Program-made: the position numbers and the translations under genes
The notes under the pieces: generated by a model
The model's database searches: none
The model's input: only the letters and a program-made list of their open reading frames with translations
Told to the model about the DNA's origin: nothing
Origin: the human T2T-CHM13v2.0 reference genome, Homo sapiens
DNA length: 64,000 nucleotides
Assembly: GCF_009914755.1 (NCBI RefSeq)
Contig: NC_060926.1
Strand: one strand, 5' to 3'
Shown here: one piece after another, positions 18,132 through 33,130 of the stretch
Position numbering within the stretch: the stretch's first letter is position 1
Layout: each line of letters begins with the position of its first letter

Positions 18132-18451
18132 GCCTCCAGAATCCAAAGCATGATAAGTCACTCACTTGATTCTATAATTTTCAAGGTTAGGCCACATGTC
18201 CACTGGAGGCTGGGTCATCAGCTCCACCTGAATCAGATGAGTTGAGGAAGGGAAAGAGAGCGCATCAGTGAAAATCCAGGTACCATTGTGAAAAGAAGGA
18301 AGAGCTGATGCTGGTCAGGCAACACGAGCAGGTGCCCATGGAGGGTGGTGAGAGCCAGGTTGGGGTTGCTCCCTGTGCCGTACTCCTAACCTCAGCCTGC
18401 AGAGCCTCCCAGGTGGACACTGTGATGCCAGAGTAGGAAGACTCAAGCCTT

Positions 18452-18585
18452 GTTCACTCACTCATTCATTCAACAGCCATTCATTGAGAACTAACGCTGG
18501 ACAAGGTCCTGGGCTAAACACTGCCCAGGATGCAAAAGATGTAAGATGTGTTCCTGGTTCTTAAAGATCTCAGCTTTCTGGGTGG
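18452..18585 (-). mobile_element. L2 3' end
   Basis: cattcattcaacagccattcattgagaacta. Confidence 0.7.
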
Positions 18586-19858
18586 CTCATACTCACGTTA
18601 TGTGTGATTGTTGAAAAAATGATGCCTTCTTTCTTGCTGGAGTTTCCTCATTTCCTCCTTCTAGCAAAGAGACATAAAGAAACCTGCGCAATTTTCCAGG
18701 AGGTATCTGACGTTCACTGAGATAATAGACTGTTCTTGTGACTGGCATGGAAAGTCCGTTTCAATGACAGAGTTCACTGTGGCCATGATAAGTGGGATTG
18801 GGAGCAGGGTGGCAGCCCACAGAGCCACCCACGTGCTCATCAGGTCTCACGGTCTTCTCTGTATCCAGGGAGGCCTCTGCCCCATTGCAGCTGAAGAACC
18901 AGCCATGGCCATGGGGTCTGCCCAAACAATGGCTGGGAGCTTGCTAGGCCACAATTGGGGTTTCCCTGACTTTGTCAGTTTTTATTTCCCATCATGCCAA
19001 CTATGTTTCAAATTTCACAAAAAGAAGAAAAAAAATCAATGTTTTTTTTTTCTTGCAAAGAACTTATATTTTCAACTTGAAGATGGAAAAATCAAAGTCA
19101 GAGTCCACAAGTTTCTGAGGAGCTCTTGACCTACTTTTGGGGAAACCAGTTCTTGTTGGAACCACAAACCAGGGCACGGCTTTCAATGGCTTCATGCAAT
19201 GTGCTGTCAGAAGCATATGGGAAGCTGGGCACTGGGGGGCCCCATCAGAAAACCCATGCATGAGCGATGATGACCTGATGCTTGGCTGGGTTTTATCCCC
19301 ACAAAGTGTCCAGATTGACACTGTAGATCTCATGTGGAACCTGCCAGGTCACCTTCCCTTTAGCCCTGTCCCCGTGCCTCCTGCTGACCTGCACCTGCAG
19401 TGCAGCCTGTGGCTCTCTCTGGCCTGAGTCAGGGAACACTTGAGGAACTCCTAGCTTAGAGGCTGGGGACTCAGTGTCCCATGCATCCTGCCCTTCCCTG
19501 TGGCTCAGTCAAGCAACTGGGCTCCTCCCTTTCTCCCACCAAGTTCTCATATTGCTGCCAACTCCCCCATCCGTACCTCCTGCCCCAGGTCCCAGGACCC
19601 AGACCCACTTCTACACCTCTGCATCGGGGCCTTGCCCATGGCCCTGACACCACACTGACTCTCCGACACCTCTCAGACGCCTGTGGGGCATGCTGCGATT
19701 CTCACAGCTCCTTCCTGAGCTCCAAGGCCAGTGCTAGCATGGACTCCTTCTTGCATATTACACCATTCCTACGAGTCATAAACCCCAAAGCTTCTCTCCT
19801 GGAGGGAAAAATTAATTTTCACATTTTATGATTTCCTTTGATAGAACTTAGTGTTCAT

Positions 19859-19859
<1 letters not shown>

Positions 19860-19910
<51 letters not shown>

Positions 19911-19938
19911 ATCTCTCTCTCTCTGTCTCTCACACACA
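19860..19938. repeat. (CA)n plus (CT)n microsatellite
   Basis: Directly visible. Confidence 0.95.
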
Positions 19939-20785
19939 GGAAACAAACTGCCCAGAAAGGCTCATACTCAGGACTCACAGTCCCAAAGGCCACCCTGTCT
20001 CCGCCATAGCTACCTGCCTGTGGGGGACTTTGTCTCACTTCATACTCAGAGAGGGTTACTTTGCTGCCCTGAGTCAGAGCACTTTCCTGATGTTGAGCAT
20101 CAACATGCAATTAGGAAGAATGAGCACGGCCGTCCTCCTGCCTCCTCAGGTTCGGTCCCCGAGCTGTCTGTCTCTAGCTCAGTTCCATGGCTGGAGAGTA
20201 GGAGTTCCTTGTCAGTGTTCCCAGCCAGGGGAGCTAGAAATAGTTCAGGCAATTCTTATTCTTGTCCAAAGCAAGGATCAATGCAGCTGACCACAGTGGC
20301 CCTGTGTGGGCGCCACATGTCTGTGAATGTTGACTGACAGCAGAGGCAACTATCCCTGCATAGGCTGTCATGCAACTAAGCTGGAGAGATGCCTTGCACT
20401 TATGAAAACAAAAAGCTTCTGGCAGCTCCATCGTTCTGCAGTCCATGTGCTGTTGCTCCGGGGCAGGCTTCTCCCAGCTGCCCTTTGCCTATGGCATTCC
20501 TCCTCTTTCCAGTAACCAGGCACAGGGGAGGGGCGCATCATAGGGTGACAGCTGTGGAGGCTGTGTGCTCTACAGTGACCACAGACTCCCAGATGTTCTG
20601 GAAATGCACTAATCAAAGTGTCAATGGAATAGCAGAAAAACTCAGAAAAGAAGACACAAAGAAACACCACCATCAAATTAGAAAGGGTTGGTGTGTCTAT
20701 CTTCTACACAGATGTTTCTGGATATGGAAAAGCCAACCAGCGTGGTCATAGTCATGGTCATTTCCATTCCTGTTCTTTTTCTTCT

Positions 20786-21065
20786 TCTTTTTTTTTTTTT
20801 TTTGAGACAGGGTCTCACTGTTGCCCAGGCTGGAGTGCAATTGGTGTGATCTAGGCTCACTGCAACCTCTGCCTCCCAGGTTCAAGCGATTCTCCTGCCT
20901 CAGCCTCCTGAGTAGCTGGCATTACAGGCACCTGCCACCATGCCCAGCTAATTTTTGTATTTTTGGTAGAGATGGGGTTTCACCATGTTGCCCAGCTGGT
21001 CTCAAACTCCTGGCCTTGGCCTCTTAAAGTGCTGGGATTACAGACGTGAGCCACCGTGTCCAGCC
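20786..21065 (-). mobile_element. AluS with left-arm deletion
   Basis: aactcctggccttggcctc lacks the gatcc segment; TSD ccattc(c/t)tgt(t/c)cttt. Confidence 0.92.
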
Positions 21066-21188
21066 ATTCTTGTCCTTTTGACGCAAGATTCTAATCACAT
21101 CTTCTTGAGAACTCTCCGAACAATATACACTGTTTTATTCATGATAAAGAATTCTTATAACCAGCAATACCATCTATGATTTCGTATG

Positions 21189-21611
21189 TGATATGGTTTG
21201 GCTCTGTTTCCCTACTCAAATCTCATATTGAAGTGTAAGCCACAGTGTTGGAAGTGGGACCTGGTGGGAAGTGATTGGATCATGGGGGTGGAATTCTCAT
21301 GAATGGTTTTGCACCATCCCATTGATGCTGTCTTTGCGATAGTGAGGGAGTTCTTGCAAGATCTGGTCATTTAAAAGTGTGTAGCACCTCTCCCACCCCT
21401 CTTGCTCATGCTCCAGCCATGTGACACACCTACTCCCCCTTCACCTTCCGCTGTGATTGGAAGCTTCCTGAGGCCTCCCAGAAGCTAAGCAGATGTTAGC
21501 ACCATGCTTCCTGTATAGCCTACAGAGCCATGAGCCAATTAAATCTCTTTTCTTTATCAATAACCCAGCCTCAGGTGTTTCTTCATAGCAATGTAAGAAC
21601 GGGCTAACACA
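21189..21611 (+). mobile_element. MSTA solo LTR (ERVL-MaLR), complete
   Basis: TG...CA ends; tgatatggtttggctctg...gagccaattaaatctcttttctttat...ggctaacaca. Confidence 0.88.
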
Positions 21612-21894
21612 GGGTGCTTTCCATTTTGTATGGCCAGTCAATTCCAGATTACCTGGACGATGGCCCTGCACGATGGGCTGGATTATAGAAAACTCCACAG
21701 CATGCAAACCTTATTGCTACATAGCTTTGAAATATTTCATGTAATTTTTTACACAAGCATTTGCTTCCTAATTACATGATGATGTTTTATTATTTTCTGC
21801 ATCAGTGCTATTAGCGACCACATATACAGTGTGGACTCGATGTCCTTTGTGTTCACTCACTCACTCATCGAATGCTCTCAACACCTCCTGTGAG

Positions 21895-22310
21895 GTCGGG
21901 TTTTAGTGAGGATAACAATAACTACTTTAAGAAAGTGACTCAACAGTGCAGTGGCTCTAAGCAGATTGAAGATTACTTTTCTTTTATGTGGTGATCTCAT
22001 TGTCCCAAGTTGGAAGGCGACAGGGTTAGGCTGATGACCATTGTGTATAGGTGGCTAGCAAAGCCACTCTGGTCACTGCTGCTCAAGCCATCAGAAACAG
22101 AGAACAAGGGTGTTGAGGTAGCATGCCAGCTCTTTTGAGGCCCAGCCTGGTCATGGCACAAGTCACTTGCATTCATGTTCCATGGGAGAGGACATAGCCA
22201 CATGGCCATGCTTCAGGGGGTGCTGGGAAACCTGGCATAACCAGCCAGCGCCTGCCAGGCCAGAACTCTGCTGTTACAGAGAGGGGATAGCTGCTTGCAT
22301 CCTCCACCAC
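21895..22310 (-). mobile_element. Old MLT1 (J/I-type) LTR
   Basis: cagtggctctaagcagattgaagattactttt...cattcatgttccatgggagaggacatagccacatggcc. Confidence 0.55.
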
Positions 22311-22324
22311 TGAGAGTTGCTATC

Positions 22325-22959
<635 letters not shown>

Positions 22960-23103
22960 TTATCTTATTGACATTTTATAGGTGAAGAAACTCAAGCACA
23001 GATCAATTAAAAAATTCCTCTGAGAGCACAGATAATCGGAGTGGAGATAGGATTCTTGCTCAGGCTACCTGGCTTTAAGTCCGTGCCTTTGATCATTATG
23101 CTA
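22960..23103 (-). mobile_element. MIR
   Basis: cattttataggtgaagaaactcaagcacaga. Confidence 0.7.
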
Positions 23104-24466
23104 CGTTAGATTTATAACACAATATTAACTTTAACATATAATTAATACACATCTTCACATTTGACTGCCTGCTGTATCTTTCTGCCCCAAAGCCTCAAAC
23201 TCATTCATTTGTCAAGAAATTTCCTTGAGATATTCGACAGCGGGCTGGAGAATTAGGTGCCACCCATATTCTTAAGTCCGGGGTGAAAGCCAGGACTCAG
23301 ATGTGGTCAGACCGCTGAGTAGCTGGCAGGGAGTGGATGGGCAGGGCCTCCTGCTAGACTGGCCAGTGGGTATGATCTGCTCCTCAAGGGCCAGTTGGGG
23401 GATCTGTGGCTCAAGGCTTTGTATGGAACATTGCCTCCTTTTCCCCCAACTCCAGGCACTCGTACTCCTTCCTGCTGCTTTGAGAGACCCCAGGGCTACA
23501 GCAAGAACTTGTGGTGCATGCAGAAGAGCCAGACAGCAGCCCAAATATCATAGTTCACACATCCTTCTGCAATGGCAAGGGGCTGGGAGGCATCTGCTCT
23601 GGTCGGAAGAATTTTAACAGACTTTTTGCATCTTAAAGAGCTGATTGCTACTGTCATCAACTTCATCTCATTGTGGCCTCGTTTTATATTTTTCCTTCAT
23701 CCCTTTGTACCCCGTCATTAGTATGGGATTAAGAGACAGAGCAATTGGGAAGTCAGAAAAACAAAACAGCAAGTTCCACTTTAGGGCAATTTGCTGTTAT
23801 AAAGGCCTTTCCCCTTGTGCTACCTGGAGGTAGCCAGATCTCCTTGGGCCCATGGTCAGAAGGGGCACGGAGGCCTGCAGAGATCTGCAGGCTGCTGTAG
23901 ATCATTAGGAGGTAGGAGCAGGTCTCCCCATCCAGGCTCTGACACATTCACCCAGAACACACTGCCACAAAGCCTCTGAACGGACAGCAGCTTTCTCCTT
24001 AATTAGATGGTTTTCCTGGCTAGGGGTTGGCAGGGCCAGCATAGCGGCTAGCCTGGGTTAATTTAAGTGAGTATCCCGATCCAGTGATCTATAACTTTCA
24101 GAAGGGTGAAAACCAGTGTTCCCCAGAACCAAGCATTTCCATATTCAAGCACCTAGGCAGTCTCGCTTACACTTTGGGGGACTCCAGGCACCCTGAAACC
24201 CTTCCTTGGGCTCCCTACATAAGGATCTGAACTTTTCAATCCCTTTGCTTTATTTGTTAATCACCCTAATGAAAATAGATCAACACAATTTTGTATCATT
24301 AAAGAGTAAATAAATTATAGTAAATCCACAGAAAACTACACAAAAGTTATAAAGAAAGAGATGGCTATTGTACAACAAAATAAAAAAATCTAAATTACAG
24401 CTAAGTTTGAAAAATAAAATAAAAATTAATTCATTTAACTAACAAATGTGCATGCGTATGCGTTTG

Positions 24467-24467
<1 letters not shown>

Positions 24468-24507
<40 letters not shown>
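24468..24507. repeat. (TG)n
   Basis: Directly visible. Confidence 0.95.
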
Positions 24508-24510
<3 letters not shown>

Positions 24511-24519
24511 GACAGCATT

Positions 24520-25790
24520 AGAGAGAGACAATATGAGTCTGCTACCCACTGGGGACACAGCAACGAATAAAACAGAATCTCTTCCCTGGGAGTCAGTGCT
24601 GCTGGAGCCATGCCAGGAAACAGGGCCAAGGATGGGATTGGTGATCCATGCAGGACCACTGGGTTTTATTCTGAGAAGACAGGGAGCTGTTGGAGGGCTT
24701 GGAGCAGGGCAGGGGCATGACATCCCTGCTTTGATTTTTAAAATTTCAGTCTGTCTATTCCAAAAAGCATTGCTTCTGTGTGGTTTGAAGCAGGGAGAGC
24801 CGTCCAGTGGCCACTGCAGTGCTTCGGGGGAAGTGGAGTTGTGTTTGAACCATTGTAGTAGGGGTGGGGTGGTGAGAGGCCAGCAGGCTCTGGGTGGACT
24901 TTGAGGACGGAGCCCCCAGGATTTGCTGGTGTTTCGGATGGCGGCAACAAAAGAGAGGAACCAAAGAGGATTCCCAGTATTTGGCCAGTAAATGGTGCTG
25001 ACTTTACTAAGCAGAACTGGGAGAGGAGCAGGCTTGGCAGAGGCAAAGTCAAGGGCTCTGCTTTGAACCAGTTTGCATGGCTAATTCAGACTGAGGTGTC
25101 AGGTGGGCGGTTGGAGGTCCAGCTTCAGGCTGGAGGAACATATTTGAGAGTCATCTTCTTTTTTAAAAAATAATTTCAGCTTTTATTTTAGATTCAGGGA
25201 GTATGTGTGAAGGTTTGCTAAAAGGGTTTATTGCATGATGCTGAGGCTTGGGGTACAAATGATCCCATCACTCAGGTGGTGAGCATAGTACCCAAGAGGT
25301 GGTTTTCAGCCCTTCCCCACCTCCCATCTCTAGGAGTCCACGGTGTCTACTGTTCCTGTCTGTATGTCCATGTGTACTCAATGCTTAGCTCCCTCTTACA
25401 ACTGAGAAGAGAGCCGTGTTCTTCTAAACATTATGTAGAGCTGTGGGGCTAGAGGAATCAATGAGGGGAGAGCCGTGATTATCCCCTCCTTTAGAAGTCA
25501 CTCATATGAGGAGGACCCAGCTTGGCAGGCAGAGGAGGACCATGGGGTGAGGCAGGAGAGCCTGAAGAGGCGGAGGTAGAAGCTGGAACCCAAGGGCAGA
25601 GAGAGCTTTGGGGAAGAGGGAGTGATCCTTGCTAATAACTGCTGCAGATACCACTCATGGAGGCAGTAGATATCCACATAGGTGACAGAGACAGACAGAC
25701 TCAGCAGCAGACATGAGATGCATGGAGAGTTCTGGAGGACCATACACCCAAAGGGCTACGGATTGGGATTGGACAGCGAGGGGTAAAGGA
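24520..25790 (-). mobile_element. L2 relic interrupted by an L1PA 3' end
   Basis: gggttttattctgagaagacagggagctgttggagggcttggagcaggg; caggatttgctggtg. Confidence 0.7.
25160..25408 (-). mobile_element. L1PA15/16-like 3' UTR
   Basis: ttgcatgatgctgaggcttggggtacaaatgatcccatcactcaggt; degenerate TSD gagag..t.ttctt. Confidence 0.8.
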
Positions 25791-26372
25791 AGCATGCTCT
25801 TTGCACTCCTGTATCAGGGGTCTGTGCATTTCTTGGGGAATTAAAAAAGAACAATATGTTAAAGGGGGAATTATCTGCAGTGCAGAGAAGGTCTGTGCCT
25901 ACTTGGGCTCATGCCTTTTACATCCTCCTACAGGGGGTGCTCAGGGTGACCCACCTCTCCTTCTCCTTCCACCCTGTAGAAATGGCTTCCTTCCATCCAC
26001 AGGCACCTGCCTCTCCCTCCTCCCCGACCTGGGGCCCGCTCCATGTTCCAATCCTTTTAGCACATCCTTACTTCCCTGGAAGACGTGTTCTTCCTCCAAA
26101 TCCATGAACACAGGCAGGAGAAAGCAATTCCAGAATTGGTTGCAGTTCTCTGTGCAGGTAGAAATAATATGCGATGCTGTGACATTTGCAACCGACTGCC
26201 GTGTTGATTTGGTTTTGTCGTGATTGATGTTTTATCAACGAGCTCTTCCCTGAGCTATTTCAGGCTCTGTTTTGTGTAGATGATTGAAGACATTCTGAAA
26301 ATTTCTTTATTTCTGAACAATCCATTCAATCCATACTTTCCTAACCCTCTGAGGGAAAACAAATGCAACACT

Positions 26373-26413
26373 ACACACACACACACACACACACACACGT
26401 GCACAAACACACA
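26373..26413. repeat. (CA)n
   Basis: Directly visible. Confidence 0.9.
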
Positions 26414-28400
26414 CTTTTTCAATCTCTACCAAGCTGAGAGTCTCCCGGTAAATGAGCCAATTTGTTTTCATTTAAATATGAAAATAGGATAAGGAGAAGT
26501 ATACCTCATGAACATGCATGAGAGAGTACAGAGCCGTAAGCTGGGGAAAAATAAAGATAAATTTGTCACATCTCTCATGATGAATGATGTGTGTGCAATT
26601 AAACAGCCAGCCTGGCGGCTGTGAGCACCTTGGTGTGTTATATTTTTATCTGCAGGGCCGTTACTCTCATGTTTCCTGTCACAGAATCTAAACATCACAG
26701 ATCTGCAGAGGACAGGCGAGGATGCTGAGTGATGCCAAGCAGTTCTGAAAGTAGGTCAGTGGGTCACCATGCGGACCTGAACAGAAAGGACATGTACCTG
26801 ACCCCTGAGAGGCCAAGGCTCCCACAGCCAGGGCAGTGGCTGGTGGAAACCCTGGATGAGGAAGCTGGAGCCAAGGCAGCTGCATCCCAGGGGGCAGGAT
26901 TGCCCTGGTACACACCTGAGGAAAGCCAGGCTTTAAAGTGGGGCTGCAGGAAGAGTGAAAGATGGGGCTGGAAGGGTCCCTCTGGAGTTATGCAGCTGCA
27001 GACACCTTTGGCACGGAACAAGAGAAGAGTGTATGTGTGTTTGGGTGCCCACATTTGGAGGAAAGACATAGGGTCTATGCACATTGTGTGGAGCTTACTA
27101 AAGGACAAGCAGGTGAAACACTGCTTAATGCAGTCTTTCAGAGTACGGAGGGAGCTGGGAGGCTTATTCAGCTCAACCTCTTGCTCAGAGCAGGAATCCC
27201 TGCCCCGAATCCCCAACCAAGAGCCTGAATGCCCAGCTCCACCAAATTCAAGGTGTGAAGGGTGCCTCGGGGTGTGCAGGTGGGTCCCTTCCCATCTATC
27301 GTGCTGGCGCTTCGAAGCAGGCCGGGGCCTGCAGGTTCTGTCCACCCTCAGAGTGGATTCGGCTCAGCTGCTGGATGGAGCTGTACCCCTTTCCATTCCC
27401 ACGTTTCCTGCACGAGTCTTCCCAGCCTGGCATCGCGCCTGCACAGCCTTCCCACATCGAGGCTGTGGGAACCTGCTCAAGACCCCTTAGGTGGTGCCAA
27501 CATCTATTCCTCACCCCTCAGTGGCCACCTGTGGGCCCTGCTCTGGCCTTTGGAGGTGCACGCAGGCACCCACCAGCTCTGAGGCCGCCAGCCACATGCC
27601 AGGCCCTCAGTCTTCTCACTGCCTGGCTCCACCAGCCATCTCTCCTGTAGCATGGTCTCTGGCACTGTCCCTATCCCAGCCACTTCAGGTGCCTCCTTTT
27701 AATTCCTCAACTGTGCCATGTGCAGCAGGAGGATTTTTTACATTTTATTTTAAATGAACCAAGAACATTTTAAGGAAGAACGGGGTTTGGATTGAAACAA
27801 GGTAAGCAGTTTTGGTGATGTTTCCAGGACAGGTTGAGGAAGACTCACAGTGTCCCAGGAGTTACAGAGTGGGGCACTTGGAGGAGTGTTGTCTCCTGGG
27901 CTCAGTCCCCAACAGAGAGGGGAGGGTGGCTGGCAACACTTGGCTCCGGTAGCTGTTCAGGGTGGGGAGGCCCTGCCTTACCTGAGTCTGAGCTGTCGCC
28001 CTAACTCTACTTTGATGCTGCCGGGATGACTTTTTGATCAGCAGAGGAGTCTCTAGACCTGGCGACTTTGGCTAAAGGGAAAAAGGGAGCTGCTGTCCAC
28101 CAGAAGTCTCCTTGCAAACCTGTGGAAGATGATCCGGGCCTCCAACCCAGTGCCTTGGGAGAAAAGTACACTCCCTGGGATGGTGAATTTCCACCTGGGG
28201 CAGGAGGGGACCCAGGCCCACCTCCTGCATGCTCCTGACTCAGAGAGGAGAGCCCTAAGGGTCACAGCTGGCTTGGCTCTGAGCCCGCTCGACTCCACCC
28301 CCTGCACTGAAGCCTCTTCTGGGCATGCAGGGACACCCCCAAATTTGCCTGCAGGGCATGCGCTCTGGGCAGGTCTCTGGCCCACAGCAGTAGCCTCTGA

Positions 28401-28662
28401 TTCCTTCCTTCCTTCTTTCCCTCCCTCCCTCCCTCCCTCCCTCCTTCCCTCCCTTCCTTCCTTCCCTTCTTCCTTCTTTGCTTCCTTCCTTCCTTCTTTC
28501 CTTCCTTCCTTCCTTTTTTTTCTTTTCTTTCTTTTGCTTTCTTTTTTGGAACAAGATCTCTCCCTGTCACCCAGGCTGGAGTGCAGTGGTGCAATCCTGG
28601 CTCACTGTGGCCTCGAGCTCCTGGGCTCAAGTGATCCTCCCCAATCAGCCTCCAGAGTAGCT
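28401..28662 (-). mobile_element. (CCTT)n-expanded tail plus partial AluJ right arm
   Basis: CT tract to about 28548, then ctgtcacccaggctggagtgcagtgg...gggctcaagtgatcctcc. Confidence 0.85.
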
Positions 28663-29892
28663 GACTCCTCCTGTCTTGACTTCTGTGTTTCTTTGGCAGA
28701 TGTCTTGCAGATTTGCTGGGTAATTATCCTGATTCTTATTCTCAGCCCCTTTCTAGATTTCAGGTTGCAAAACATAAGTTGCAATTTCCTCATGACTGTT
28801 TTCCCTGCAGTTTCTGCCCATGGCCCTGGGGATGGGAGGGCTTCATGGAGGCCTCAGATTCCCCTCTCCACCGCCAACCAGGCTTCCTGTAGAAATGACA
28901 TTAGTCAACAAAGCAAACAAATGGCATGCCTTTCTACTCCATTGTTACTCCTTCTGAAAAGTAACTCGCTATTACTATACATGGACAAGATGTCCTAGAA
29001 CTTCCAATAGACAATTCTAAGAATTTTCACCTCATATTTTAAGGTGTGATTTATTTTCTATCCCCATGTAGCTCTCTGCGCAAAGCACACTGAATAGCTG
29101 TTGGGCACTAGCACTAAACACACCAGGTTCTGCCAAGTTTCAGGGTCACAGAGAAGTTTTTATCTGAGAAGCAGCTTGGACCACAGGACAAATGAGTCTG
29201 TGGAAGGCACATTTCTGTGTCACAGCACCCCACAAAGCTGACTCAAAGCAAGCAGGAAAATGATACTTTGAGCTACAAGATTCAATTGCTCTGCCTCCCA
29301 GACACCCCCTGGTGCAGGAAATGGGGATCCTTCCTTGAGATAAGAAACAGCAACCGAAATAACATTGTTCTCACACCAACAATGGTGAGCAATAAGCAAG
29401 TTCCATGCAATTGTGCACGAAGCGGGGAGTGTGATAATGATGGCTCCTCAACATCTCCCTCTCCTGGGACCACATCTGTCATGGGGTCTAGGGGAGAAAA
29501 ACATCCCAGAGAAGAGCTCCTTCTGCAGCTTTGCAAACAGCCAAGTGCAATGCTGAACCAGCGACGAGATGAACACAGGGAGGTGAATGGAGGGAGGTGA
29601 ACAGAGGCCCTCAGCGTGCTCAGCCTGTACTGCATGTGTCCCTGGCCAGTGCAGAAGCTGGTCACGCTGTGAATGAAACCTGCCCCGGGCATGGGTGAAA
29701 GGCACTGCAAAGACTAGCAGGCATCTGTTCGTGGCTCGCTGTCTGCAGCCTCCTGAGGGAGGCCCGGATTTTCTCTTCTGCACTGCCCAACGATCCCTCT
29801 GCATGCGTGTCTATCACCCCCGTTGGACTGAGAGCAGCTCAAGAAGAGGCTCCATGCCTTATTCATCTTTTTTATCCTACCTGCTCAAATGA

Positions 29893-30481
<589 letters not shown>

Positions 30482-30627
30482 TGAGTGGCACCCCTGGGTG
30501 GTGGTTGCCAGCTAGGAAGTCAACTCTCCCAAGGTCTTAAGATGCCATATCAGTACACACTAACAGCTCATTCCAAAGCCAGTCTTCTGCTATAGAATTG
30601 GCACAAAGACCTTCCCTGTGCCATTGT

Positions 30628-30740
30628 CAGATACCTGAGAACAGGCACCATGATTCATCTTTGTTTCTCCTAGAAACCCCTGTTTAGTGCCTTGTAGATA
30701 GAAAATGCTCAACATTCGGTTAACTGAATTGAATGCATTC
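30628..30740 (+). mobile_element. L2 3' end
   Basis: tgagaacaggcaccatg...atgctcaacattcggttaactgaattgaatg. Confidence 0.6.
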
Positions 30741-31361
30741 ACTTTTCATCTAGAGTTATAGATTAGCACAATATAGGGCCCTTTAAGACTAAACAGCATT
30801 GATCATTTATCACATTGTAGTCACAATGAGCTTAACGATAAGCTGAATGATGAACACGAGAAAGAAGCACACGCCCTGCAGAAGTTGGATTGCGAGCCTG
30901 TGTCACACCCAGTGATTTTTCGAGGACACATGGGAAGTGGCTCTCTGGTGGTTGCCATGAGAACCATCACCCGGGACTCCTGTTTTAAGAATGCAGTGTT
31001 TGCAGTTGTGTGTGTGATGTGTATGTGTGTGACAACGGCTGTGCATGTGTGGGCAGCATATGCCAATGGTCTTCTCAGGGAAGATTGTCCTTGGGAAAGC
31101 TCAGTAGCAGACAACCAAACCCTCCCAGGTATCCATTGATGAAGACCCTGATCATCATTCATGCCTACTCCATCAGGTGACATCATCAATCCCAGATGGG
31201 AATTCTCAGGCTTCATTGAGAATCTCTGATGTGAGGAGCTCTGTGCTAGGTGTTGTGTGAGAAACCAGAAGCCAAAGCAGATGTCTTGGACCTTGAGAGA
31301 ATATGAGTCCTCTTGAGAACTCCGATCCCCTATACACTTTGCCCAGCTTCCCCAGTGGTAA

Positions 31362-31916
<555 letters not shown>

Positions 31917-32330
31917 TAACCCCTATCCTTAACCTCTGGCAGCCACTAATTTGTCCATCATTTTAAATATTTTTTCATTTCAAAAATGTTACAGAGAAAA
32001 AAATCACACAGTATAGAAGCTTTTGAGATTGGCTTTTTTTTTTCCACTCAGCACAAATTGCTGGAGATTCACTAAGTTGTGTGTATTAAGAGTTTGTTCT
32101 TATTATGAGTAGTGTTCCATGGCATGCATGCACAACAGTTTGTTTAACCGTAAACCTATTGAAGGACATCTGTGCAAATTCCTGGACTAGAACAAATAAA
32201 GCTGCCATGGACATTCATGTATAACATGTACAGGTTTTTGTGTGGATGTTAAGTTTTCATTTCCCTGGGATAAAAAAGAGAGTTCAGTTGCTGAGTCATA
32301 CAGTAGTTGCATGTTGCATGTTGACTTTAG

Positions 32331-32625
32331 TTTTTTTAGAGACAGTGTCTTGCTCTGTCACCTAGGCTGGAGTACAGTGGTCCAAACACAGCGCACTGCA
32401 GCATTGAACTCATGGACTCAAGTGATCCTCCTGCCTCGTCCTCCTGAGTAGCTAGGACTTCAGGCATACACCACCATGCCCATCTAATTTTTAATATTTT
32501 TTTTTTTCAGAGACGGGGTCTTGTTATGTTGCCCAGGCTGGTCTTTAACTCCTGGCCTCAAGTGATCCTGCTACGTCAGCTTCCCAAAGTGTTGAGATTA
32601 TAGGCATGAATCACCAAGCCTGGCC
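32331..32625 (-). mobile_element. AluJ
   Basis: ctcaagtgatcctcctgcc and ttatgttgcccaggctgg, J-type. Confidence 0.9.
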
Positions 32626-32796
32626 TGCAGGTTTAGTTTTATAAGAGACTTCCAAATTGTTTTCCAGAGTGCCATTTTACATTCTCACCAACAGTGTATG
32701 AGCGATCCAGATTATCCTCATCCTTGCCAGCTTTTTGTATTGTTGCTATTTTTTATTTTAGTCATTGTGACAAGTGTGTAGTGATATCTCATTGTG

Positions 32797-33130
<334 letters not shown>

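Noticed and set aside
24115-24430. Possible hAT DNA transposon relic
   Set aside because: Only a vague resemblance (gcacctaggcagtc, AT-rich body); no termini identified
26729-27490. 253-aa ORF in unique sequence
   Set aside because: Non-ATG first codon, overlapping ORFs on both strands, no recognisable homology; expected by chance in GC-rich DNA
28129-28998. 289-aa ORF
   Set aside because: Crosses a (CCTT)n tract and an Alu arm
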